Assembly: GCA_963691875.1 (NCBI GenBank)
Contig: OY829846.1
Location: 512,001 to 576,000, forward strand
Length of the DNA: 64,000 bases
Direction: 5' to 3'
From: Aureliella sp.
Lineage (GTDB): Bacteria; Planctomycetota; Planctomycetia; Pirellulales; Pirellulaceae
Shown: one piece after another, positions 22,615-33,753 of the stretch
How positions within the stretch are numbered: position 1 is the first letter of the stretch
Layout of the letters: every line of letters begins with the position of its first letter
The notes under the pieces: model-generated
The model's database searches: none
Told to the model about the DNA's origin: nothing
What the model saw: only the letters and a program-made list of their open reading frames with translations
Position numbers and translations under genes: made by a program

Positions 22615-23346
22615 GTCTTTGGCTTACTTTCTGCAGCAGTTTTGTAGTGTTTGGGGGGCGACTACTAACTTCAGCGGGAAGCAAACCGGTCTTTTATAGA
22701 CTTTTTTGGGCCATGTTTTATTCGGCACTTCGCCTCGGCGCATTCCAGGCAACAACTCCTTAGCTCAAAGCTTCGTGGCTAATCACAGGAGATGTCCTGA
22801 TTTCGACTGACATGGAAAATGTTCGCATTAATCGTGTGGATAATGACCGGAAGAGGCTGGTCGTCCGCTGAAATTGATTTACCCTCGAGTGAGTCACGAA
22901 CATACCAGGCATCGGAATACAAAGAGCGTGTGCTGGTACGATGGATCGTTCACATACGAGAAAACTGGGAAGCTATCGCTCGCACCAGGCAGCAATTAGG
23001 AAAGCACAGCAGACCAAATCGTTGGTCAGCCGGTGTCCCGAATACGTGGAACAGGCTCGGCAATCAGCGGACCAGATCAACGCGGACTTGTATCTAGGAA
23101 ACGGGCTACTCAGTGAGCTTTGAATGGCCTAACAAGCCGAAAGACGAATCGGAGACACGTGATAGACTGCTCTCCTTTTTCTCCATTTGGGATTGTGATT
23201 GCCCTAACAAGATTCCAAGGAGCAAATAAGACTTTCCACTAGCGACGTAAGTTGTTGATGAGAATGGCGCTCAGTTCAGTGAGCCTGTGTGCGTAGGGAG
23301 TATGTTTCGCGGAGGTGGTAAGTTGAGCCGGTCAATCGTTGATGAC

Positions 23347-25068
23347 TTAAGGGGTTTTATTTGCGTTCAAAAGCTTTCTAACGGCGGACAGGAGATGTTG
23401 TGTTCGAAAGGGCTTTTGCAGAAACATAATGGAACCAGCTGATTCCAATTGCTGTGGCGATTCCTCACTGTAACCGGAGATCATAAGTATTTTTGCTGAT
23501 GGTCGCTGCTTCCGAAAGATTGGAATCAGCTCTTTTCCACCCAAGCGAGGCATGATCATATCTGTAATCAACAGGTCAATTTGTTCCTCTTGCATCTCGC
23601 TCAAAATAGCTAGAGCTTCTTCACCGTCCTGCGCGGAATGAATCTGGTAACCCTTTCGCTTGAGGACTTCGGTAATTATTTTCCTCACGGGCTGTTCATC
23701 CTCAACGACCAGAACCGTTTCGGTTCCTCGAAGCGAATCGTCGGGACGGTTCTCGTTAGCAATTTTATCATGGGTAGACTCGCTTAACGGCAAGAATACG
23801 CAGATGGATGTTCCCTGTCCTGGCTCGCTCTCAATCTTCACGCCACCATTGGATTGCTTGACAATTCCGTAAACCGTTGACAGCCCTAAGCCGGTTCCTT
23901 TGGAAACATCCTTAGTTGTGAAAAAGGGGTCAAACGCTTTAGCTTGGATTTCCTCTGACATTCCGCAGCCAGAATCAATTACTTCCAAAGCCGCGTACTT
24001 GCCCGGTGTCAGGCTCAACCACTCGGAATCCGATTCGCTTAATGTTCTTTCAGACGTTTGAATGAGGATTCTTCCATTACCCTCGATCGCATCTCTCGCA
24101 TTGATAACGAGATTCATCACTATCTGACTAATCAAGGTCGGGTGGGACGTGACCACGAGCGGTGAAACCGAAAGTTCCGAGTGGAAATCAAGTTCCTCGG
24201 GAATCATCCGGTGTAGCATGTGATTAGTTTCACCAACGTGTTCATTCAAATCGACCGGCAGAAGTTCTAGCGGCTGTTGCCGATTCAACATTAACAATTG
24301 CGCTGTCAAGCCAATCGCACGTTCGGCAACGCGTTGGATCTGTGAAGCACTTTCGCTGACAAGTGCAGGATCATCACTACAATCCTGAATCAACTCACTG
24401 TAGCCTAGGATGGCGGTCAGAACATTGTTGCAGTCATGCGCTATCCCTCCCGCTAAACGCCCGATCGCCTCCATTTTTTGAGCGGTTCTCAACTGGGTGT
24501 CGCTTTGCTTGAGCGCTGCTTCCGTTTCTTTCTGCTCTGAAAGATCCCGTATGTACGCGGTGAAAATTTGCTGGCCTGCGATTCGGTCCGGGGTAATCGC
24601 TAATTCAACGGGAAAGATTTCCGAGTTGGACCTCATCGCAGTGATTTCGATACGTTGGTTTAGAACCGGACCCTCGCCGGTATGCAGGTAGTTTCTAACG
24701 CCCTCAGAGTGAGCCGCACGCAACTCAGGCGGAATGATAAGACCCGCCATCGGTTTCCCCAAAACATCCTCTCGAGCATAGCCGAAAGTACGCTCCGCAG
24801 CTGGATTGAACTCGATAATTCGGCCATCGGAATCAATGGTGATAATACAATCCAGAGCCGAATGTAGCAGCGACTCTCTGCCGCGCCTTATTCTGGCAAT
24901 TTCATTATCCTGGCTGTCAACTAATGGCGAAATCGGCTCGAGGTTTTTTAGACGCTCGCGCAAAAATGTAACTTCATTCTTGAGCTTACGAAATTCTGAT
25001 TCTTTGAGTTCCACTGACAGCTCTCCCCGGAGAGGGTTTTCCCTAATCGGGCGTCGTTTACTAATCAC
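23347..25068 (-). CDS. PAS-domain hybrid sensor histidine kinase/response regulator
   Basis: PAS (FNPAAERTFGY), H-box AGGIAHDCNN, NLVINARDA, DSGCGM, FFTTK, GTGLGL, receiver LLITDMIMP. Confidence 0.95.
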   Translation of the reverse strand: MISKRRPIRENPLRGELSVELKESEFRKLKNEVTFLRERLKNLEPISPLVDSQDNEIARIRRGRESLLHSALDCIITIDSDGRIIEFNPAAERTFGYAREDVLGKPMAGLIIPPELRAAHSEGVRNYLHTGEGPVLNQRIEITAMRSNSEIFPVELAITPDRIAGQQIFTAYIRDLSEQKETEAALKQSDTQLRTAQKMEAIGRLAGGIAHDCNNVLTAILGYSELIQDCSDDPALVSESASQIQRVAERAIGLTAQLLMLNRQQPLELLPVDLNEHVGETNHMLHRMIPEELDFHSELSVSPLVVTSHPTLISQIVMNLVINARDAIEGNGRILIQTSERTLSESDSEWLSLTPGKYAALEVIDSGCGMSEEIQAKAFDPFFTTKDVSKGTGLGLSTVYGIVKQSNGGVKIESEPGQGTSICVFLPLSESTHDKIANENRPDDSLRGTETVLVVEDEQPVRKIITEVLKRKGYQIHSAQDGEEALAILSEMQEEQIDLLITDMIMPRLGGKELIPIFRKQRPSAKILMISGYSEESPQQLESAGSIMFLQKPFRTQHLLSAVRKLLNANKTP

Positions 25069-25559
25069 TGCGATTCGCTAGTGTTTCGAGTCGACACAAC
25101 AAAACTTCCAAATTGCTTTAATGCTATTAACTTAGCTCGGTTCCATCCTTCTTGTTCCTTGACTATTACTTACGCCGCAAAATACGCACAGCAACTCGCG
25201 CCATTTATAGCGAACTTACCGCGCAGCCTCGAATAAGCGTTCGCGGTTCGCTTGAGCCTCGAGCGCGTAAATGATCGCCAAGAAATGGCTTGCAGGTTGT
25301 TTCTCTTCACCGCTGAAAAGGTATCCTGCCGTTTTTTTAACTAGCCAATTGGTTGTAGATGCGGCGGTATGTTCAACAGTTGGCAGTATCACTAAGAGCT
25401 GCACGATGCCATGCCGTTACTATAACGCATGGTAGTGTTCCGTTGGCAGTGTGCGGACCTTGCTTCGTTGTCCAGTTGGTTCGACGTTGGTCGCACTTGC
25501 ATCACGGAAGTCGTCGTCCCAATCTCGTGCTTGGCTCAGTACTAGCTCGGAAATGGAAT

Positions 25560-27239
25560 TCAGAACGACCAATCAATGGGCGTCTTTGCTTTGATGAGTT
25601 TTTGGACCTGTTCGATGGACCGCAGGACTTCACTCTTCGTCGCATTCTTACTAGCCATGAACGCGGCTATTACACCAGCAGCAGTTCCACTGGACCACTC
25701 GACGGGGTGTACACGTGTGGCAGAATTTGCCATGAAGCTCTGAGCCATTGTCTTTCCGGCCACCAGCAAGTTGTCGAAGTCGCGGTGCGTTAGAGCTCGA
25801 AAGGGAATGTAAAAAGGGCGAGTCTCGCGATGCTCTTTGATGTGACTCGGGTAAATTTGATTGTCTAAAAAGTGAACATCGGCGGGGTAGGAACCAATGG
25901 CGATGCAATCATGAAACGTTTTTCCCGTCTTCGAACGTGCGTCTCCGGTCAAGTCATTGATCGTCAGAATAAAACCATCTAGTCCGATGGACCGTCGTGT
26001 ATCACGAATATAAGGCAGTTTGCTCAATCCGTGAGAAGTGCCTAATACCCCATATTCTAAACTGATCTGTTCGGGAGCAAATTCTTCAGGAGCATTGCGT
26101 TTTAACCAATGACGCCAAGCATATGCTCGATTCTCAGCTGCAGCCATCACCCTCAGGTCGACCCCGCCTTGCCAGTCATTAACGGTCTCGGCTGTATCTT
26201 TTCGGGTCAAAATAATGTAGCCGAAGGGATAGTCATTTCCACCGTTCTTGACTCGAGGTTCATAACCCCAGTTCTGCAGTGTGATATCGCCGGCGGTCGG
26301 GCCCGAGCCGTTGCCCAGTAACCTACGGTAGGTCCAGATCTTCCGCCATGCGTCGACCCGCTCCGCGAACTTTCCTAGGCCGAGTCCAACTGCCTGGACC
26401 TCTGGGGCACGATCGCTTGAAGCCGCCGCATGCAATCTTTGGGCAAACCCAAAGACAACTGACTGGCCGCAGCGATCGTTGCCGTCTAGCTCTCCTTCGC
26501 GCAGCTCTACACCTTGCAAATAGGAACTTCCAGAAAGGGCCAGGAGTTCCCCCCATTCGGTAGCGTCAACGAAGACGACGGACTTACCTCCGCTGATCCG
26601 AATAATCTCTTTATTGAACCGCTCGGAGGGCACGCGCGAGTACCAGTCGGGAATCTCTGTTGATGGTAATGCGGAGTAGCTGCGTTCCGGATGGTTGGCG
26701 GTGCGCCGAATTGCCGTTAAGGCCAAGAGTCGCTGACCGTCTATTTCTAATTCCTTTACAACAGTTTCCCTGAGGATCACGAGGCGGCTTGAGTGTCGTT
26801 TGACTTCGGGTTCCAAATGATTCTCAAGTAAGCTCTTGGGTTGGTAACAGAAGCGACTTACCCAGCCCCGTCCTGGGTTCCCGATTTGTTTCAATGCATC
26901 TCGCAAGATAGGCGGCATGTTTCGAGGATCGCGAGCAATTTTGGCAACGTCGAGAACAACTTCGCCTGTTTGTTTCTCGACGATATTATGCCACGCTTCG
27001 TCGACGGGAGGGACGCCGCTAGACGTAAGCTGTCCGCCGATCCAGTCTGTCGGCTCAATCAACACTGTGTCGGCGCCAGAATCTGCCGATGCAATCGCGG
27101 CGGCCAGCGCCGCTGTCGAACCCCCGGCGATGACCACGTCGGCGGTGATTTCACGCTTGGTCGCGGTTTGAGCCACTGTAACATCACACTGAAGAGCAAG
27201 CACTGCGGAGCAGCAAAAGAAACTTCTGAGGAGACTCAT
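25560..27239 (-). CDS. Secreted FAD-dependent oxidoreductase
   Basis: ADVVIAGGSTAALAAA, IGGQLTSSGV, FVDATEWGEL, PYIRDTRRS, PFYIPFRAL, NLLVAGK; start placed at ATG 27239 with signal peptide. Confidence 0.88.
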   Translation of the reverse strand: MSLLRSFFCCSAVLALQCDVTVAQTATKREITADVVIAGGSTAALAAAIASADSGADTVLIEPTDWIGGQLTSSGVPPVDEAWHNIVEKQTGEVVLDVAKIARDPRNMPPILRDALKQIGNPGRGWVSRFCYQPKSLLENHLEPEVKRHSSRLVILRETVVKELEIDGQRLLALTAIRRTANHPERSYSALPSTEIPDWYSRVPSERFNKEIIRISGGKSVVFVDATEWGELLALSGSSYLQGVELREGELDGNDRCGQSVVFGFAQRLHAAASSDRAPEVQAVGLGLGKFAERVDAWRKIWTYRRLLGNGSGPTAGDITLQNWGYEPRVKNGGNDYPFGYIILTRKDTAETVNDWQGGVDLRVMAAAENRAYAWRHWLKRNAPEEFAPEQISLEYGVLGTSHGLSKLPYIRDTRRSIGLDGFILTINDLTGDARSKTGKTFHDCIAIGSYPADVHFLDNQIYPSHIKEHRETRPFYIPFRALTHRDFDNLLVAGKTMAQSFMANSATRVHPVEWSSGTAAGVIAAFMASKNATKSEVLRSIEQVQKLIKAKTPIDWSF

Positions 27240-27306
27240 CACGCTGTGTAACAGCTTGTATCTCAAGACTCTTGGTGTTTCTGCGTTTGCTAATCGCATG
27301 CGAGGA

Positions 27307-27591
27307 CTATGCGGGCTCAGGCAGGACCTGACCTGTTTCGGCGTCGACGCTGTGGAGACGCGTGAGCTCAGCGCCGTCTTCGTTTGTCGACTTAAGAGAG
27401 ACCAGCCAGTAGGGTTGCTGCGGAACATTGGCTGCTACCATTGCGCTCCGGACTTCCGGATCATCGACACCATTTTCGCCGTATAGCTTGTTGTGAAACT
27501 CGTTCTGCCGCTTGATCTTTTCGGAATCGAAAAGCACGGCTGAGCATTTCGTCCCTGGTTGGATGTTTCCGAAATGCTCAATGACAATCAT
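27307..27591 (-). CDS. Hypothetical protein
   Basis: MIVIEHFGNIQPGTKCSAVLFD...; protein-like composition, fills the gap between the oxidoreductase and pdxA. Confidence 0.65.
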   Translation of the reverse strand: MIVIEHFGNIQPGTKCSAVLFDSEKIKRQNEFHNKLYGENGVDDPEVRSAMVAANVPQQPYWLVSLKSTNEDGAELTRLHSVDAETGQVLPEPA

Positions 27592-27940
27592 GATGGCAGC
27601 CTTCTGATCAATTTCGCGGATAGCTCTCTCCTTTTTCCAATGCAAGCATGAGGTTCAATCAGTGAGTGGATAGCGTTCGTCGAAATTGCCGCGGGCCCAC
27701 AAGTTGCTGTTTCAACGCGACGTGTCCGACTCGGATCACTCAACCAGTTTGAAACAGTGGTTAACGCTGTCCCTTGTTTTTCGTTGACGAATGGCGGAGT
27801 ATGTCCCTATAGAACAAGTCGTCTATTTTGCCAGAACGCTGGGAGGTCGAGATTTCTGGCGGATCGCACGGCCAGCGACCGAACCGCTGGCTTGCCAAGC
27901 GTCTCACACGCTGTGAAAATTTCTTCACTTGTTACTTACC

Positions 27941-28984
27941 TTAACGTGCAAGCGAAGCAGCGAGGTTCAATGCTGCAAAAAGACTACTGGGATCAGGAAG
28001 GCGATCGCATTCGTTGGGTTTCTTCCAGGCGATATCAAACGCGGTTCCATGATCCACGCTGGTGCGGATGACTCGAAGTCCGAGGCTGGTATTGACAGCT
28101 TCGTCAAAGGCCAACGCTTTCACTGGAATGTGCCCTTGGTCGTGATACATACATACAAAGGCATCGGTTTGGGCACGTCGCCATGGCAAGAAAGCGGTGT
28201 CTCCAGGCACCGGGCCTATTATCTCAAGTCCTTCCGATCGTAATTCCTTAATCGCTGGAATGATGATCGCTTCTTCTTCGCCATTCCCGAACAGGCCGCC
28301 CTCCCCTGCATGAGGATTCAAGCCGCAGACCACTAACCTTGGTTCCCTGCCGTGGATGAGTCTCATTGCTTCGGCGGTTAACGAAATCGTGTCATACACT
28401 CTTTGTCGAGTTAATAACTCAGGGACTTCGTGGTAGCCGACATGAGTTGTTGCGAAGGTACATGTGATCTCCTCGCTGAACTGCATCATGCACCAACGTT
28501 CCGGAGCGTCTAAGTTGGCGCATCTCTCGGCGAACATTTCGGTGTGTCCCGGGTAGTCTAATCTCGCAGCCAACAAGGCCGCTTTGTTGATGGGGCACGT
28601 CGTGACTGCATCAATCGTCCCGTCCATCGCGAGATCGATGGCTGCTTGGATAAAGTCAAAGCTGGCCTTACCACAAGCGTTCGACACCTGACAGGTTTCG
28701 AATCGTTCAAGGTCGCATGTCGGAACATCAATGAAAGTACAGGTTGGTGACGTCGATTTTGCAGCGTCGCGAAACTCTGGCAGACTGAGAAGCTCGATTG
28801 GCGGCGTTTCGGAACCGGCGAATGCAATCTGCCTTTCGAGTACCGCGCGGCTTCCAAGTACTACGAGCTGAAGTTTCTCAGCTAATTTCTTGGACTGCAG
28901 GGCGCGCAGGACGAGTTCTGGGCCGACGCCAGCCGGGTCGCCCATCGTGAGTCCAATGGTGGGTAGAGGAGATTGGTGCGTCAT
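27941..28984 (-). CDS. pdxA: 4-hydroxythreonine-4-phosphate dehydrogenase
   Basis: TMGDPAGVGPE, PINK, GHTE, GLNPHAGEGGLFG, MYHDQGHIPVK, RTSVDHGTAFDIA. Confidence 0.96.
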   Translation of the reverse strand: MTHQSPLPTIGLTMGDPAGVGPELVLRALQSKKLAEKLQLVVLGSRAVLERQIAFAGSETPPIELLSLPEFRDAAKSTSPTCTFIDVPTCDLERFETCQVSNACGKASFDFIQAAIDLAMDGTIDAVTTCPINKAALLAARLDYPGHTEMFAERCANLDAPERWCMMQFSEEITCTFATTHVGYHEVPELLTRQRVYDTISLTAEAMRLIHGREPRLVVCGLNPHAGEGGLFGNGEEEAIIIPAIKELRSEGLEIIGPVPGDTAFLPWRRAQTDAFVCMYHDQGHIPVKALAFDEAVNTSLGLRVIRTSVDHGTAFDIAWKKPNECDRLPDPSSLFAALNLAASLAR

Positions 28985-29272
28985 GGATCGGAAATTAGCT
29001 GTTCAGCCTAGGATGTTTTCCTTTCTCTACGAGAAAGCATGCTGTGTCTTCATCGGTGCAAAAGTCTGCCGAGCCATACACTCTGATTCGACCAAGACTT
29101 CTGCCGAAGGCCACTACGGCCAGTCCGTGGCAAGCGGTATAATCGGTTCGGTGGCAGCCAAGCACGTTCATTTGAGGGATCGGAACTCGGCCAAGCCGCT
29201 ATTATGGAGTTTTTGTTTTGTAGGTCGATGTGTGCCTCTGGATTGTAGGCATCACCCTAAGGGACGGTTGTC

Positions 29273-29680
29273 ATGTCGATTGAAATGCAGCTCGCAAGAA
29301 TCATTATCAGCGAGATTAGCGAGAATCAAGTGATCTATCTGCGGGAAGTCGACGGAGATCGTGAGTTTCCGATCTTGATCGGCATTTTCGAGGCTACAAG
29401 TATTGACCGACGTGTGAAGGATGAGTTCAGGCCTCCGAGGCCGCTAACTCACGATTTGGTTGTCTCGGTAGCGGAGAATCTGGGTGGAGCTCTGGAATCA
29501 GTCGTGATCAGCGACCTTCAAGAACACACCTACTTTGCTAAATTGATGTTGCGAAAAGATGACGAAATAATCGAAATCGACGCAAGACCGAGCGACGCTA
29601 TCGCGATTGCGGTTTCGATGGAACCTGCGATTCCAATCTACGTCTCTGACGAAGTTTTAGACGAAGCTTGCAGCGGCTAG
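29273..29680 (+). CDS. Bifunctional nuclease family protein (DUF151/BFN)
   Basis: FPILIGIFEATSI, PRPLTHDL, TYFAKL, IDARPSDAIAIA. Confidence 0.93.
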   Translation: MSIEMQLARIIISEISENQVIYLREVDGDREFPILIGIFEATSIDRRVKDEFRPPRPLTHDLVVSVAENLGGALESVVISDLQEHTYFAKLMLRKDDEIIEIDARPSDAIAIAVSMEPAIPIYVSDEVLDEACSG

Positions 29681-29764
29681 TGGTGACGCAAATCGAAGTG
29701 TCAAGGGAATGGCATTCGAATCCCACCGCTGAGTTGGCTGAAAGAGTCACAAGGAAGTATAGGC

Positions 29765-30781
29765 GTGGCGCGCAACGAACAACTCATTCGACAGCACAAG
29801 ATCCTGCAAGTCCTCGAGCGGCTCCGTTTCGGCGCAACATTGGATGAGCTTCGCGACGCAGTTGTAGACGAACTTGGCCTGACTTCTCTGCACACTCGTA
29901 GTATTCGTCGCGATCTGGAGGCGCTCACTGCAGCTGGAATGCCAGTCGTGGATGAGGAGAATCAACGTGGGCGAGTTTGGAAGCTAAGTCGTAGTGATAA
30001 AGGGCTTCACAAACTGGCGATCACCTCCTCCGAACTGATTGCACTTTCGATGGGCCGCGACTTGCTGCTACCACTTGTCGGCACGCAGTTTTGGATCGGC
30101 ATTGAGTCGTTCTGGAACAAAGTTCGCGAGCAACTGCCTGACAGTGTATTCGAACACTACGAACGCTATCGTCGCACGCTTTACGTTTCAGGAATTCCAA
30201 CGAAGAGCTATGAGAAGCACCAGGGCATCTTAAAGACGATCAACCGAGCGATTCAAGAACACCGGCACTTGGAGATGGAATACCAAGTACCCGGACGGTC
30301 GCCGACGTATCGGAAGATTCAGCCCTATGGCGTCGTGCTCTTTCAATCAAGTATTTACGTGGTCGCGAGCGAGGCGAAAACCGATGAAGATTCGGACAAG
30401 CTGCGTCACTGGAAGTTAGATCGGTTCTTGTCCGCCAAAGCGCTCGATGAATGGTTCAAGCCGCATCCCGACGTGGACTTGCAAGCTCACTTGGGCCAGA
30501 CGGTCGGAATTTTTAGCGGCGTTGAAGCTCAGGAGTACGTGATCCGACTTTCTGAACAAGCAGCACGTTGGCTGGAGGAGGATCCGTGGCATGCAGAGCA
30601 GCAGCTCGATGAGAATCCCGACGGCACTGTCACGCTACGTGTTCGGGCTTATCATGACATGGAGATTATCCAACGCGTCATGCGTCTCGGCGGCGAAGCG
30701 GAAGTACTCGCACCAATGCGCTGCCGAGAAGCCATGATTGACACGATCATGCAGCTCACGAAGATGTACAAAGTAGAGTAA
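29765..30781 (+). CDS. HTH-WYL-WCX transcriptional regulator
   Basis: N-terminal wHTH (RSIRRDLEAL), WYL domain (RKIQPYGV...YVVA...RHWKLDRF), WCX tail (LGGEAEVLAP). Confidence 0.92.
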   Translation: MARNEQLIRQHKILQVLERLRFGATLDELRDAVVDELGLTSLHTRSIRRDLEALTAAGMPVVDEENQRGRVWKLSRSDKGLHKLAITSSELIALSMGRDLLLPLVGTQFWIGIESFWNKVREQLPDSVFEHYERYRRTLYVSGIPTKSYEKHQGILKTINRAIQEHRHLEMEYQVPGRSPTYRKIQPYGVVLFQSSIYVVASEAKTDEDSDKLRHWKLDRFLSAKALDEWFKPHPDVDLQAHLGQTVGIFSGVEAQEYVIRLSEQAARWLEEDPWHAEQQLDENPDGTVTLRVRAYHDMEIIQRVMRLGGEAEVLAPMRCREAMIDTIMQLTKMYKVE

Positions 30782-31404
30782 TCGCTTCGGTAAGTTGTTG
30801 AACTGGCAAGATGTCAAAGCGTTTGCAGCGGCAGGATGCTATGGAGTACTCAATCGTCTGCAGGCATATCTGCAATCATCCGTTCTTCAGCACAGACTAA
30901 TCGGTGCACAACGTTTACCTGGATTTCTATTGATCCATGGACTGCGATGCAACTCGGCTCTCAAGGTACTTGGAAATGATTGCGTTTCGGTCTGGGCACG
31001 ACACGTCATTCAACGCCAAGTCACTGGACAAGCGAACCGGTCCGCCAACTCGTTGAACGTCTGTATTCGTTGGCTCAAAGTCAATCAACACTGATCGACG
31101 CATTGCATCGAACATCTCGCGACCTTACCTATGTTTGTCATGATCTTGTGAGATTGCGTCCTAATCAGCAGACCAAGAAGCGTCGTTACGACGGATATGG
31201 TCAACTTGCCGCTCTCCCGCGTGCCTTGCGTATTCTGGGGGCCTGTAGCCAGTCATTGGTTCGCCGCAAAGCAATCGGCAAAGCGATTACGAGCACAACT
31301 AACGTAATAACAATGCTCGCCAGCTTGGCGAGTTCTGGCGCGAGATCATTGATTTGCCTTCTACCGGATGGTTGTCAGTTGCAACTAGAACCATTGGCGA
31401 GAGC

Positions 31405-32877
31405 CTAATCACGCACTTTCTTTGCTCGGCCCTGAGTCCAGAGTCTTAGGCCTTCGAGGCGTTGCTGGGCTCGAACGAAATACTCTTCGCCCAAAGTAGA
31501 TAAGTATTGGGAGAACAACTTGCCCGTTTTAGGTCGCCAATTCGGGTCTTTGGTTTCAAACCATCCCTCTTCAAGGACTCGAGCCGCGACTTCTTTGCCC
31601 AAAATTTGGTGGCCTTCTACCGAAGGATGAATGTGATCGACAAGCCAACGGTTGCCGACAATCCCGTCTTCGCTGCGCGACTCGAAGAGTTCGTTAGCAT
31701 CAAGGCTTGGAATCTTAAGTCTTTGAAGGGTGCTCCGGATCTGAGTTCGAATTGCAACGGTCGCACGAAGCGGAACGACGTCATGGTTCGAGGCATTTAC
31801 CAAGAAACTCTTCGCTACTTCGGAATCCGATCGCGCAAGAGCCAGCTGCCCGGCCAGGTAATTTGCCCCCGCGTGATACGGATCGAGATCCAAAGCGATT
31901 TGAACTGCCTCCCAGGCCTCATCTGCATCACTACTCTTGCAGGCAAGATTCCAAGCAACTTTGAACTTAGCGAGCGCAGATGCATCTAGTTCACGTGACG
32001 TCTGATATTTAAATGGTGGGCAGTCCTTCAGATTGCTAACCGGTTCGACAATCAGTAACGGCACATTTGCTTTTTTGCATGCTTCATCCATGGAAACGAA
32101 ATTCCAACCAAGGTGTTCTACAACGCCATTCATCCAGAGTGCACCACGCTCGTAATCCTCTAATCCGCCTTGGTAGTCAAGTAAGGCGTCGACTTCGGCC
32201 GCGATTTGCAGTTCTGTCTTTTGCGATGTATCGGACTCGGTGTTGGCTGGATCCGGACAGACGAATGACCTGATCCAGCGTGTGATGTAGAGCTGCTTGG
32301 TTTGGCTTAGGAGCGTTTGGTTTGCGAGACTAGGTGCCTTTGTCGCGTAGCTTCGTTTCTCAAGGTACTCGTTGTGTCCCGTGTAAACGACAATTAGATC
32401 AGGATCGTACTCGAGCACCTCCTCGAGAATGGCGAGAACCCGATAGCTTGCGTAGGACAGTCCACCGCAGTTGATGACTTCTACATCAGTATCAAGTGCT
32501 TGCTCCAGGGCGATGCCCATCCATTGCGGGAAAGCCGTTTCGTTCGAGTACGGTTCGCCTTGTGTAGTGGATCCGCCAAGAGCGAAGACGCGGAGAGAGT
32601 TCTCTTTCCTTTGCCTGAACTGCACAGCAGGGAAGAATCGGCGCCGTTTGTCTGGAATCCAGAGAAAGTCGGGTTCGTTCGGCACCGGCTCAAATAGCGG
32701 CTCTAGATCAAGAGAAGCGAAATCGAGAGACGCGGCGGGTGGCGGCCCTAAACATCGCAACATCAACTCAATGATACAGATTAGTGAAAAGCCGAGTGCG
32801 ATTGCAAGGAAACGAAAAGTCCATATGCGTCTCCTGGATATTCGTTTTTGGTAGTCTCCGGCTCTTTGGTCTGTCAC
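31405..32877 (-). CDS. SGNH/GDSL hydrolase-like membrane protein with TPR
   Basis: N-terminal TM, FALGGSTTQG, INCGGLSYAS, YTGHNEY, DHIHPSVEGH, one TPR segment. Confidence 0.85.
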   Translation of the reverse strand: MTDQRAGDYQKRISRRRIWTFRFLAIALGFSLICIIELMLRCLGPPPAASLDFASLDLEPLFEPVPNEPDFLWIPDKRRRFFPAVQFRQRKENSLRVFALGGSTTQGEPYSNETAFPQWMGIALEQALDTDVEVINCGGLSYASYRVLAILEEVLEYDPDLIVVYTGHNEYLEKRSYATKAPSLANQTLLSQTKQLYITRWIRSFVCPDPANTESDTSQKTELQIAAEVDALLDYQGGLEDYERGALWMNGVVEHLGWNFVSMDEACKKANVPLLIVEPVSNLKDCPPFKYQTSRELDASALAKFKVAWNLACKSSDADEAWEAVQIALDLDPYHAGANYLAGQLALARSDSEVAKSFLVNASNHDVVPLRATVAIRTQIRSTLQRLKIPSLDANELFESRSEDGIVGNRWLVDHIHPSVEGHQILGKEVAARVLEEGWFETKDPNWRPKTGKLFSQYLSTLGEEYFVRAQQRLEGLRLWTQGRAKKVRD

Positions 32878-33039
32878 TTTTAAGCCTCAAGTCAGGCTAC
32901 AAGGAAGTAGGAAGACTAAAGCGAGTCGTCACCGTGGCATGGCGTCCAATGGGATCGAAATAAGCTTAGCAGACGCCTACGAATGCCGTCAAAACAAGGT
33001 CAAGTTTCGTGAGCGGCGACCGGACGATAGTCAACCGTC

Positions 33040-33753
33040 CTAGCATTTGATCGTCTTTCGTTTCTTGAAAGCACGGCCGGACTTTTGAACTTTTTCAATG
33101 TATTCGGTTGCCAACGGGACCTTACACGAGGTTCCACCCAGGTCAACGTTGACTTTTCCAATTTTCTTGGCGACAGTCTTGGCCTGCTTGCTTAGTGGCT
33201 TCACGTAAGAGCCGACTGAAATGACAAAGCCATTCATGGTGCAGCGAACGCGATTGGCTGCGGAATCGATCCCCTGCTCTATTCACTCTAGTAGAGCATT
33301 TACCTCTTCGATGTCGAGGTTCGCATCGTCTGTGACCGTGATATAGCCTGCCAAGGTATTCCAGCCGCAGGATGCCACCAGCTCCTTCTTGCGTGTGATC
33401 CACTTCAAGCCGAGGTCGCGCGCGTGATTGCTTTCCGTTGCTACCCCCGGAACGCTGTACTCTGAGATCATGTACCAAGAAGCATTGCGGGCCCAATGGC
33501 CTAACTGCTTCTTGTTCATCAGCTTGCCACCCGCGACGATTCCTGCCAGGTACATGGCATCGCTGTTACCGGTATCATAAAGTTCCAGCGCGAGTTCTTG
33601 TTCGCCTTTGATCTGCCTCGCGATCACTTTCATGTCTGCGACGCTGACTCCGAACAACGTGTCCTTTGGTGCTCCGTGATTCGCGAATGTTTGGATCCGT
33701 TGCGGATTCCCTTTCTTATTTAGCGCTGACATAACCGCTGCTACAGTTTTCAT
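33040..33753 (-). pseudogene. DNA alkylation repair protein (AlkD-like) interrupted by a single in-frame TGA at 33283-33285
   Basis: ORF 33283-33753 (FGVSVADMK, LYDTGNSDAMYLAG) and ORF 33040-33237 (MNGFVISVG...CKVPLATEYIEK...KRKTIKC) are in one frame: ...NALLE*IEQGIDSAANRVRCTMNGF... Confidence 0.85.

Noticed and set aside
30790..31400. Several short overlapping ORFs between the WYL and SGNH genes
   Set aside because: No recognisable motifs or consistent frame; at most gene debris
33283..33285. Selenocysteine recoding of the in-frame TGA
   Set aside because: Helical context suggests Arg/Lys rather than Cys, and I saw no convincing SECIS-like hairpin
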